This document shows, one piece after another, positions 51,744-63,788 of a stretch of DNA of 64,000 nucleotides; the first letter of the stretch is position 1; each line of letters opens with the position of its first letter. A program made the translations under genes and the position numbers. Source of the stretch: Haliotis rubra (Eukaryota); the NCBI RefSeq assembly GCF_003918875.1, contig NW_025766026.1:1302001-1366000 (forward strand), written 5' to 3'. The notes under the pieces were generated by a model. It searched no databases. It saw only the letters and a program-made list of their open reading frames with translations, and had not been told where the DNA came from.

Positions 51744-54700
51744 ATGAGCGGACAGGGCAGCAAGAAGCTGATCAACTCCGTGGAGCGATGCGTGGACGAC
51801 ATGCTAGAGGGCTACGTGGCCCTCAACCCGGGGGTGCGTCTATTACACGGTCATCGTATCGTAATCCGGGCCGACGTCGAAGACTACGTGAAGTCCGGCA
51901 AGGTGGCTGTGTTGTGTGGGGGAGGGTCTGGGCACGAGCCAGCACAGGCAGGTAAAAACAAACGGAAGTATGCTACTCAAATCAAGTTAAGGAACACCAG
52001 CAATTGAAAGGCTGTATCTTGCAATATGTTTGTTTGTTTCTTGTTGAACAACGCACTCAGCAATATTCCAACTATATGGCGGAGGGCTGTAAAAAATCGA
52101 CTCTGGACCAGACAATCCAGTGATTACCACCATGAACATCGATCTACGCAATTGAGATATGATGTCATGTGTCAACCTAGTCAGCGAGCCTGACTACCCG
52201 ATCCCGTTAGTTGCCTCTTACGACAAGCATGGATTTGAAGAGGCCAATTCTAAGTCATATGAAACAATGTGTGTTAACTTTTTAAGTTCATTATACATCA
52301 TATACATTTTGCTATAACATTTTTGAAAGAAACATGACAAGAAATAACACATAATGCAGTTATCGTACGGTGCCCTGGACCAGGTAATAATGTAACTTAC
52401 GCGTCTTAATCATTCCAAATGAAGATGATACAATTATTTTGATTGTTTTCTGTGTACAAGGGTATGTTGGGCGGGGTTACCTGACGGCGTGTGTGGCAGG
52501 GTCGGTGTTCGCCTCTCCCCCACCCCAGGAAATCCTTCCGGCAATCAGAGCTGTGGCCAAACGGAACAAGGGTAGGTGTGGCGCTCTATGTTTGACCTTT
52601 ATAATTACTCGAGAGTCGTTGTTGTAAGAGTTAATTCTTTAGAAAACAAAACTACCCAAAGAGGAAAATTGAATATTTACCTAGGCCTTGTCTCTTTACT
52701 GTGTTTGTTTCCACCTCTGAAAATTCATGGAAGACAGACTATAGTCATCACTTACAGTCGTGTTTGGAGATCGGGATCAAACGCCTTTCTCTCAGGGACG
52801 GTAATATAAGATTGATTTGTGCAAGTTGGGCCCTGGCTGACCGCGTGTCTTAGTAGTAACGTGGATCTTTGTTCCAACAGTCAACAACTAATTCGCCTTG
52901 TCCTGACAATTATACAGAAGAATCAGTGGTTTTAGCAGGAAATAAGGACTGGTGTAAGTATTAAAGAATTTCCTACCACAAGATAACTCACATTCCCCGT
53001 GTGTTGTGACTGTGTCTGTACAGGCGGGTGTCTGTTGTCCGTCGCCAACTACACTGGAGACCGGCTCAACTTCGGACTGGCCTACGAGAAGGCTCGACAA
53101 GAAGGGATCAAAATCGCTATGATAGTTGTGGGCGAGGACTGCGCCGTGACGACAAACGACCGTACCGCGGGCAGGAGAGGACTTGTCGGATACATCGTTA
53201 CAAATAAAGTAATGTAACGTTTTGATTTTAACATTCTGACCAACGTCAAAATATTCGAGGTCACTATACATGGCATTTGCTTACATAAGAAAACTGTTTT
53301 GAATGGAAATAAAGAGTTTTTGTTTCTACAGTTAATGTTCTCAGGAAAACGAAGTCTCTATGTTGAGATGGGGCCTAGAGGTTAAAGCATTCGCTCATCA
53401 CGCCGAATACCCGGGTTCGATTCCCCACATGGGTACAATGTTTGAAGTCCATTTCTGGTGTCCCCCGTCGTGATATTGCTGGGACATTGCTAAAAGCGGC
53501 GTAAAACTAAACTCAATCACTATAACGAGGTCAGTGGTCTAAGTATCCGCGTTAAAACCCAGCCACCAACTGCTGGTTCCTGTACATAATTCGTTCACCG
53601 TTTGCTAGATTGCTGGAGCTTTGGCCGAGATGGGTCGGAGTCTGGAGGATATAGTTGAGATTACCACTGCTGCCACCAAACAGATGGGTAGGTGGAGAGG
53701 GGTGGCATCCCTGTGTTGACCATTTCAGAATAGGGTTTCACAGCGGAATAAACTACCGGGCGAAAGAAAGAAACTTGGATGTGACCTAAAGCTGACAAAT
53801 ATTATTAAGCTGACCTTTTATGACATACACAGTGATATAATGTTTGTCAAGATAACCGTATCAATGTATCAACATTGAATCACCATCTGCTGTTTGCTTC
53901 ATCTAAACATGGACGGATAACTTTTGCCCGGTATTTTATGCCCAACATTTCGGTAACGTGCAAAGTTGTCACCGCGGCCTATAAGTGATCTCAGAGTTAC
54001 GACTGACGCTACGGCCGTCCTAAAGTAAGGGAGGTACAACCGTTTTGGCTCTAAGATCGCTGGTTCAAGTCCAAGATTTCTGGTGATTATGGAGTTTGGC
54101 CTCCCAGAAAGGAATAAACTTAAGAGATATGCGAATCCTTGGGCATCCCCCCTACATTAATCTGGTTTTCCGTGATATGATGAAAATAACTTCAGGGACT
54201 ATCGGCTTGAGCTGGAGTGCGTGTTCCGCGCCAGGATCTGGACCCACGTTCAGCCTCGGGGATGATGAGATGGAGTTGGGTCTGGGGGCACACGGGGAGG
54301 CGGGCGTCAAGCGCATGAAGGTCTGTGGGCTTTTGCTACACTTGGCAACTGTATATATATACACAGTTTGGCAACATGAGAATCCATCAAACTTTATACT
54401 CTCAACAATCTGATGTCAAACTAAGATGTCTGTGCAATTATCATAATCATCAACTGCCAACTTGATATGCCAACTCCTTGGCATAGTGGATACAGCGCCT
54501 GCTCAGAGAGCAAAGGTCGTTGTTCGATCCCCGGCAGAGTCATAACGATACCTTTAAAATATGGTACTTATTGTTACCCCGCGCTTGGCGTTTAGATGGT
54601 AAAACAAGAACTGGTCGGCTCGGAGGTAGCATGCTGTGTCTGAGTAGGCTATCAATGTTAAACTGCGGAATGTTATCGCAGTAGGCCAGCACTATAGAAC

Positions 54701-57700
54701 CGTCGTGAAAACCTGTACAATCTGCAACACACTTACTCACGCACGACCATCATACGCCAATTTGCCTTACTGGGACATTGCTGTGTGTGCCGTAAAACAT
54801 CATTCACTCACTGTGACTAAATGAGGTTCCTGTTGGTAGATGACCAGTGCTAGGGAAGCAGTGACGATCATGATAGACCACATCACAAACCCGGACAACC
54901 CCACACACCTCAAGGTCACCAAAGGTGAGGGTCACGCCGACCTATTTCCCATCCGGTACAGGATGACATCAATACTTCTTCAATTACCACAATTAAAACT
55001 CGTACATTACTGTAATTAGAATACAACGCTTTGCAGCTTCTACACATGAGGGCAAAGAAATGCGGACCATTCATCTTAGAACGTCTGAATATATCATTAT
55101 CTTTGTAGATAAAACATACCATGATGCTAATGAGAATCCTCAACAAGATAGCCGTTCACGTCTTTTAGGTATACAGTGTAAATAAATAATTATTGTATCC
55201 TGCTCACAGGTGACCATGTTGCTGTCTTCGTCAACAACCTCGGCGCCACCACCGTCATGGAAATGAACATAGTCGTAGGAGAAGCAATTTTGTACCTTGG
55301 TGAGGCACATTATTTGTACATACTACTGAAAAAAACTTTAGTAATATGAAAGAAGTGGATGGTCCTTAACTTGTTTTGAGGAGGATGAACTCAGGTGTTG
55401 ATTTTCAGTTTAACCGATATGTATGTGACGTAGCAGAAGACGTCCACCACAATGCAGTGATTGGCTTAGTCATGTATAAGATATGGGACATTAAAACAAT
55501 ATTTTTATGAATGAACATCTACCTGATAGACATATTGCAGAACACATCGGTGTGTTGGTTGAACGATGTTACTGCCAGCGTTTCATGACGTCCATGGAGA
55601 TGGCGGGATTTTCCATCATGCTGCTGCTGCTTCTGAGTGACACTCTCACTCAGTGTCTGGGTGAGCTCGATCGCATGACACCAGCATGACACCAGCATGT
55701 CACCTACACAATACAGTATTCCTGTATTCCAGGCAACCACTATTGCCTTAAACCCGCCTTTCTCGGTCAGTGAATGTATTATGCAACTTTTAGCAATATG
55801 GCGGCGGTATCCTTTTTCGGGAATGGACTATATTGCTGGCTGCGGCATGAAACACACTGCAGTGAGTAAAATAACACCAGTTCCACCCCTCTTCACTCCG
55901 CCATGTCAGAACAGAAGCAGCCTCGGTTTCGTATAAGGTGTTTTTGTGTGGCGAGAGCACAACAAAGATATGACCGACAACTGGTCTATGTTAGAGCACA
56001 GGCAAACTGCAGCGCAAATAGGGTTGCGCAACAAAGAGAAAATGACCAGTTTTGCGAGTGTTGCGCAACCCTATTTGCGCTACAGTTTGTGAGTTACGAT
56101 CATTTTAGCGCAAAGGTCGCTTTGTGAAACTGCTTTCTGTACGAAACAGAGGCTTATGTTCTCTGGGCATGATAGGTGCGTGCATGCAAGAAGACACTAG
56201 TGCATGTCTGGTGTTGTAGATAGCCTGGGTATGCACGTGGATCGCGCGTACAACAGCCCCTTTAAAACCTCCCTGGAGATGGCTGGGATCTCCATCACCC
56301 TGCTTCGCTTGGACATAACACTAACCCAGGCTCTCGGTAAGCTAATGCAGCGTATTATTATGCTTTATATAACCAATCTATTATGATAAACGTCTTCGTC
56401 CCAATCACCTCAACAACTTCGTGTTGAACACTGTTTAAATTGCAATGAGCGAAAATAAGGAAGGGTTGAATTAGAGTAGAAATTTCACGACGTGTCGCTT
56501 CCGACAAGCAGCATTGGTGGTGAGGTTCAAATAATATATCAAAATAGTGCAAAAATATATTACACGGGGTAACTGTGAATGAAATGCATCATGATGGCAT
56601 GGCAACTGTTAGGTTTCATTTCAAGCATTTGTAGCAGCACGATATATAATCTTTGTAAAACTACCTGCACTGTTCACTTAATGACATACATGTATGTTAA
56701 AAAGAAACCTTGTATACTAGTACTTTGAAGTGAGGTGAGGTGAAATTGGTTTTAACGTCGTGCTTGAGAATATTTCGCTCATATGACGACGTGACTAGTA
56801 CTTTGAAATCGGAATTGGAACGCTTTTAGTGTTTTGTGAGTTTTGTGTTTTAATTATGAGTTCCTGGTTAGTTACCAGTATCCCTGATGAACTATATATA
56901 TGTGAACTGTATGTTGCATTATTGTATTACTCATGTATCTGATTGTAACCTTACCAATGGTATCACATTTTCTGGTGCAGATTTTCCAACAGACTCCCCA
57001 CATTGGCCACGCCCACTTCTACCACGTGGGGTGACTGACAGACAGACCCCGCCCCGTTTAGTGCTGGATTATATTGAGGACACGCCCAGTACGACCTTAG
57101 TGGGCGGGGCGGAGGTGGGATCAGGTACGCCATAGTATGATAATCGAAGAATTGTAAATATTATGTTGGTACCGACTTTTCATAAATCTTAAATGTGATG
57201 CTGAAATAAGTGAAGAGTTGGGTCCCTTTACAAGTGCTCGTGAAACATTACAGTTCAGTCATTTGTGGACATAATTGTGTCCTTTTTCCCTAAAATTTCG
57301 TCGTCATTGTAAACCAGGATATAGATTTTCGAAGCTCTCTTAGCGCTAAGATAGTCGTAAGTGCCATACATTAACATTAACTTGCGACTATCTTAGCGCT
57401 AAGAGAGCTTCGAAAATCTAGGCCTAACATATATAGGTCCTAACACTATAACCAGTGAAGATCTGGGTTAGAATTGGTCTTCAGCAATGCTTGTTGTACG
57501 TAAGAGGCGACTAACGGGATCGGGTGGTCAGGCTCGCTGACTTGGTTGACACATGTCATCGTATCCCAATTTGCCTAGATCGATGCTCATGATGTTGATC
57601 ACTTGATCGTCCGGTCCAATATTTGTCAATAATTGCTGACATCTGCAGGGATGATAAAGTCCATGCAGGTAGCAAAAGCACATAAGTCCCAATGGTCTCC

Positions 57701-60700
57701 AGTGTGGTGATGTGCCCTCAGTTTCTAGCAATATGTGGCCTGTTTTATGTTGTATTGCTGTGTATAGTAATACCTGTTTATGGTTTCACTGTAAATTTAA
57801 GTGTAAAGCTGTGCGAGTCTAGTTGTTTTAAAATAGTCTAAGTTAACTTTTATGAATAAATAGTTTTCAGAAATACTGCCGATATGACTTCACTCGCTCA
57901 CTCACGCATTGTTTTGTATTCACGTGTGTTCAACCCTTGTCACTTTCACCCATTTCAGATTATGCAGACAAACTGTACGAGATCATCGCGCACGTGTCCG
58001 AGAAACTTATGCAGAACGAGGCTCGACTGAACCAACTGGACACAACGGGGGGAGATGGGGACACGGGCAGTACATTGGCACGAGGAGCTAGGGGTGAGTG
58101 TCTGGAAAACCACAAAATATTTAAAATAATGAATAAAAAGGAATATTAGCTAAGTTATTTTGGTCGCCTGAATTTACGACAAGGATAAACCTGTGTCGTT
58201 TTAGACAGGGTAAGGACCGTTCCGCAGCTGCTGATATATACTACTCACACTTTGCTTAGGATCACAAAAATTCCCAACTTTACTTAAACGTAGATTAATA
58301 ATTTGAAATTGTATAATTTCATTTAAACTGGATAAATAATAATATGGTAACCCTTCTTTAGGCAAACAGCCACTTTAATCTAACCTTATGAACTTGATAC
58401 ATGAGTAACCATAAAAAATGGTTTTCATGCCACCAATAAACCATTTTGCAAATCATGGAACAAGTCCTTGACAAGTACACAACACCTGTCAATAGTAGGT
58501 ATTTGGATCCACAAGATGCAGTGGCATACTGAAACCTAGGACCCATGCTTACAATAGCTTAGATATTTAAACCAAATTAGACCCCACATCATAGGTTTCT
58601 GTTGAATCAATGACTTGATCCTTAGCAAAGTGTGAATAGTATAGTAGCCCTGAAGTATTTATCCCTTAAAGGAGGACTTAGCCAAGCCATGTTGGCAGTC
58701 CAGGCATCATTCAAATTCTTTTGTATGTAGGTAAGTTGTCATGCATTAAAAAACATTCAACAGGCTAATGTTTCCACGCTGATTTTTTCCACCTATTGTG
58801 TAACGTAGGTATTTAGGCAAAGTATGAGCTTTTTCAATTTGTACTGTTTCTTTTATTTTAGCCATTTTAAAGCAGCTTGGTAACAAAGACAAGCCCGGTT
58901 TGCCTGTTGATCAGCCATGTTCCCTGGTGCAAGCCCTGGCCTCCACGGCTGAAAACCAGATGGGGGGCGCGTCCGGAGCAGTGAGTTCTTTACTATTGAT
59001 GATTACAAATGCACCATTCTAATCGAAAATGTAGCGACAAAACCCTTTCCATACCAAACTGATTCCTATAATTGCCATGAAATGGGAAGAGTGACGAAGC
59101 CAGGTGCTCGCAAAGATGAGAGCCTACCTTGCTCAATACGTGCTTCCCGTGGCACAGCCTACAGTTCACCTGAAAAAAACCCACTGGAATATATGATACA
59201 CGCGAAATGGGGAATTGCATCGGACATCATTTTGGCCATCGCCATAATGGGTGCAGGACGTACAGATCACAGTAGCCTATACCGGCCTTGAGCCAGGTTT
59301 CACTGCTGTTGGTTGTGCGTCGTCGTGACGCGGATCGTTGCTTATGCTATCAACCACTTGTTTTCTAACCAAGACGTGCATAGTTACAGCTTAAATATTT
59401 CTGACACAAATGAACCTCAATTGTCATTGCAAATACTGCACGACGTGATTCATACCTTTAACACTGACTGACTGAGTTTGGTTTTAGCAATATTCCAGCA
59501 ATATCACGGCGGGGGACACCAGAAATGGGCTTCACACATTGTACCCATGTGGGGATTCGAACCCGGGTCTTCGGCGTGACGAGCCAACACTTTAACCACT
59601 AGGCTACCCCACCGCCCCTCATACCTTTAACAGCACGGGACGTCTGTACAGACGATCCTTCACTATACGAAGATCTGGCAGAGCCTAATGAACGTCTTTA
59701 TGGAATCTATTCGTATTTTCAAGGTCGAAGTGCACTTGCAGTACTTTACTGGAAGGTCGAAGTGCTCTTGCAATACTTTACTGGAAGGTCGAAGTGCTCT
59801 TGCAATACTTTACTGGAAGGTCGAAGTGCACTTGCAGCACTTTACTGGAAGGTCGAAGTGCACTTGCAGCACTTGCAGTACTTTACTGGAAGGAAAACGT
59901 TATAGAATAATATATTTCAAACTAGACTAAGAGATCGCACGAATGACAGACTGACATGTTCATGATGTACGTGATATGGATGGCATATTGTCTGAGGCTC
60001 CACTGTCATACTCTCGTAATCGTGGGTTCGAATCCTGAATCCTGATTAAAGATTTGGTTTGTCAGTCCTTACTGTTCAAATGTGGTTAACCAAAGTGTAA
60101 TAGTTCTCATACCTCCATCCCTTACTGTTCTCATTCAACTTTAACCAGACACGTGACGTAAGCAGAGTAATGCTCATAGGGGTGTTCGGGTAGCCTCGTG
60201 GTTAAAGCGCTCGCTCGTCACGCCGAAAACCCGGTTTCGATTACCCACATGGGTACGATAGGTGAAGCCCATTTCTGGTGTCCCCCGCTGTGATATAGCA
60301 GGAATATTGCTAAATGCGGCGTAAAACTAAACTCACTCACTCACAGCGTTAAAGCCAACCACCTCACTCGTCCAATGATACACTCTGTGACACTCTTCCC
60401 CAGCTGCACAGCCTACTGCTGACGTCAGCATCCAGCTGTCTGAAGGACTCCGTGACGGTAACGGCATGGCGCGACGCCCTGTCACAGGGGATAGACGCCG
60501 TCAGAAGGTGAGCCCATTGGTTTGACATTCGATCATAACCTCTGTACTTTTTTTATCTTCTTACCAAAGTCTTGTTGCTTCTTACATAACGTCTCTGTCT
60601 GCTGATATAGTGTATATAACTATATGCTAAATGATGTACTTTGCAGATATAGTGTATATAGCTAAATGCTAAAAGATGTACAATATAGCAATGGGGTATG

Positions 60701-62752
60701 TAACTGAATGCTAAATGGCGTATATTGTAGATATGGAGGCGCTGAGCCCGGAGACAGGACGATGGTGAGTAGTGACACAGACTTCTTAAGCGAAACTCTG
60801 CTATACATCTTCGATCGTTCACAGTGTTCCATATTTGTTAAGGATATCACTATTCCTTGGAGTAGGAACCACTTAGAGCCAAACTGTATGAACATCAGAG
60901 CATATCATAATAAATTCAAACAAAGTATATATCAATTCCAAATTTCTTATACCACCATTTCATACCTCGAAGGATGAAATTCATTTAGTATGCGAGACTT
61001 CTTGTGTATTCTGACAGTGATACAACCACCATCTGTATCGCAGAATAAAATAGTTTATCAAAACGAGAGGGGACGTAAGCCTATCTGTGCTCAACCCAAC
61101 AGCCTCAAGTCAAATAACTTGTGATGACATGTAGAAGTGATGACCGTGACTCGTCTCTCCACAGCTGGACCCCCTGTGTGCTGCGAGGGATGTGCTGTTA
61201 TCTAGACTGTCAGAAACAACGCCCATCCAAGCCTTCACGGAGGCGGTTCAGGTACGTCACAGGGTAGCATGTATCTACATGGGGAAATGTAGCATTCTTG
61301 ACAATGTCATGTCTTTTTACACTTTTCAAGGTTCAGTTTCAGTCAAATAAGACTGAAGGCTCCAGATACGGTTGTGTGGAACGTACGACTGTCCCCAAAT
61401 AACAACTATAAACAACTATAGGTCCCTACATATTCCTTCCTCATTCGTAATTTTTCGGTTGAGTCTCTGTTAACTCGAAGTATTTACGTCGGGCCCTTCA
61501 ACTTCGACACAACGGTGTTTGTATATTGATTCTAACAATGTAACGTTATATTTCATAGATACCAGGAGTCCCTAGCATAAGGAACTACATAGATGTAAGC
61601 ACTAGTTACAACTATCTAGAAATACATATTATACATTTCTGAATCAATACTCCATTCATTCTACTACTACAGCTACAGCTCCAACTACAACTACTGCTGT
61701 TGATACTACTACTTATACTACTGATTATAACGATATAACAAACAACAAACACAATACATTTATCATATAGCGCCTATTATCCACCATTAACACATAAACA
61801 ATATCTAACAGCATGCACACTGAAGATATGATGTACAGAACAGGTTTGCTGTTAGTTGGTGACCATGGATCGCTGTGATCTCGCATATCAGACATCAGGG
61901 TTCCGATCCACAAAACGTGCGTAACGTTACGACCTGTCGTAACTCTATAGTTGATCATAGGCTTACGAATGTCGTAGCGCTACGAACGCTTTGTGGATCG
62001 GGCCCCAGACTTGTAGTATACCGTAACCAATATTACTCTGGAATAAGATAGTTTTGAAAGATGAGGTTTTATTGCTGAGTTGAAAGCTGTCTGTGAGGGG
62101 ATTGCCCTGAACCACAGAGTTGGAACTGTTGGAGCGAAAACTTTGTCTACAGCGGCTCCCGTTCTCGGCTGCGTCAGAAGAACATCCACAGATCGAGATG
62201 TGTCGATTTTTTAGATATATACTCACGAGATCCACAAAGCCATTTATATGTAGGATAACTAATTTGGTGGTTTGTTAGTTGTTAAACGCCGCACTCAGCA
62301 ATATTCCAGCTATGTGGCGGCGGTCTGTAAATAAGTGAGTCTGGACAGGCAATCCAGTGATCAACAGCATGAGCATCATTGTACACAATTGGGATACGAT
62401 GACATGTGTCAACCAAGTAAGCGAGCCTGGCCACCCAATCCCGTTAGTCGCCTCTTAAAACAAGCATGGGTTACTGAAAACCAATTCTAACCCGGATCTT
62501 CACGGGTAGATTACGAATATGTTTTCGTGCATTTTTATGCTGTCCTGTCTTATGATTCTGTTCCTTAGATTACTGTAGAAGATATTTATCAATGGTCTGT
62601 TGCAGGCAGCAGAGAAGACAGCAGAGGCGACAGCGACAATGAGGGCATACGCTGGACGGGCCAGCTACGTTAACCCTGACCGTCTTACCCAGCCGGACCC
62701 CGGGGCTACGGGGGTGGCAATTTGGCTCAGGGCCATACTGGAGAAATTGTAA
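51744..62752 (+). CDS. TKFC: Triokinase/FMN cyclase-like, copy B (intact, about 589-590 aa, duplicated exon 9)
   Basis: Exons 51744-51951, 52461-52571, 53024-53208, 53609-53687, 54196-54320, 54840-54924, 55210-55299, [55541-55660 or 56220-56336], 56981-57124, 57959-58093, 58862-58980, 60404-60507, 60731-60764, 61165-61251, 62606-62752. Exon lengths match copy A apart from A's three indels, the fused exon 5/6, exon 9a and the last exon. The frame is open throughout. Confidence 0.93.
55541..55660 (+). CDS. TKFC-B alternative exon 9a (numbered by homology to copy A)
   Basis: ttgcag|...|gtgagc, phase 1-1, 120 nt. Encodes [40 protein letters not shown], homologous to copy A exon 9. Confidence 0.75.
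56220..56336 (+). CDS. TKFC-B alternative exon 9b
   Basis: ttgtag|...|gtaagc, phase 1-1, 117 nt (same length as copy A exon 9). Encodes [39 protein letters not shown]. Confidence 0.8.
59720..59892. repeat. 32-bp minisatellite, about 5 copies
   Basis: Unit AAGGTCGAAGTGCACTTGCAGTACTTTACTGG. Confidence 0.9.
62265..62506 (-). mobile_element. SINE-like family C (about 240 bp, TGTCGTAAGAGGCGACTAA hairpin, (AAAC)n tail); about 20 full or decayed copies
   Basis: Copies at about 10410, 16045, 17270, 21455, 23035, 26935, 30750, 36665, 42275, 44235, 52025 and 57453, among others. It shares the GGAATATTGCT...GGCGTWAAAC 3' end with family A. Confidence 0.8.
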
Positions 62753-63615
62753 GGAGCAGCCATGAATATATGGCTTAACTATAACAGATTCACAAAAGAA
62801 TGTTAGTGTCGCCACTGTACATTTCCTCTCATGGAGTCCAGAGTTCTCCAATACAGAAGATCGTTTCGATGGACATCTTGACATTGGACGCAGCGAAGTC
62901 TTGCAGTGTGACCTGTCTGTGATAATTATTCCGTGTTACTGGGTAAATTATGATTGTGACGCGTTCATTTTGGTTACTTATTTACTCATATACTGTCCAA
63001 TGCATTTATCTGTACAATGAGACACCGCTAGTCACTAGCCCAAGGTAAATCGTCTGAAATAACAATTTTCAGGGTAATCGTTCCCAGCAGAAATCCACTG
63101 AAAAGAGTGTTTTCAACAAGTCTCAACTTGTTTCTTATTAATTCTTTGCCAAACGTAAATGATCAAGAGATGATCATCTAGAGAACACGTCGTTGCAATC
63201 CACAAACATACGCAATATTATGGTTGGCGGGTGTGCAACGGTTTATCTTCCATAACAACACCGGGATAGTCCTCACGACACATGCTACATGGGATACACC
63301 AGGAATAATGGTCGATAAAGTATTAGTAATGGTTGGGTATTAAAACCTGTATAACTGTTCAATCATATTTACATTCTACTGTCCGTGGTTGAGTGTCGTT
63401 GTTGTTGCTGCTGCTGCCTTTGGTGTTGTTTGATGAAGTGTTCAATACCCCAGCAGTTTCACAGCTCAATATTCAGGAATCCAGAATTATTTTGTTTTGA
63501 TCTGGATCTCAAACACTTAACGCAACCTGCGGACATCTCTCCAAACCTTGTGACTTCAGCGCTAAACTGCATTTCTTGTCTTCACGCCGAGATACCAAGA
63601 CGGTGTACGTCTGGA

Positions 63616-63788
63616 CTAGTTTGTGTAGTCGGAGAGAGGATGTGAATAGTTCGAGCTCCAATCGCGGAGGAATACATTCTCTAGCTGTTGACGTAAGGAC
63701 AACGTCTCGTTATCAGACTGCGGCTGTTCCATAACGAAACCTATCCCCGCCGTGTACAAAAAGTAGTTCCCTGACCAGTTAGAGGTTC
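63616..63788 (-). CDS. PLD3: Last coding exon of a PLD3/PLD4-like lysosomal 5'-3' exonuclease; the rest of the gene lies beyond the window
   Basis: Acceptor tttccttgcag, then GTSNWSGNYFLYTAGIGFVMEQ...LRQQLENVFLRDWSSNYSHPL...*. This matches the PLD3 C-terminal signature (GTSNWSGNYF...LRxQLExIFLRDWxSxYS). Confidence 0.88.

Noticed and set aside
30395-62752. TKFC-A and TKFC-B as uncollapsed haplotypes of one gene
   Set aside because: The proteins are extensively diverged, the introns do not align and the exon structures differ, so they are true paralogs.
63385-63645. Cys-rich ORF MVECRCCCCCCLWCC
   Set aside because: It is a GTT/GCT microsatellite on the antisense strand of the presumed PLD3 3' UTR.
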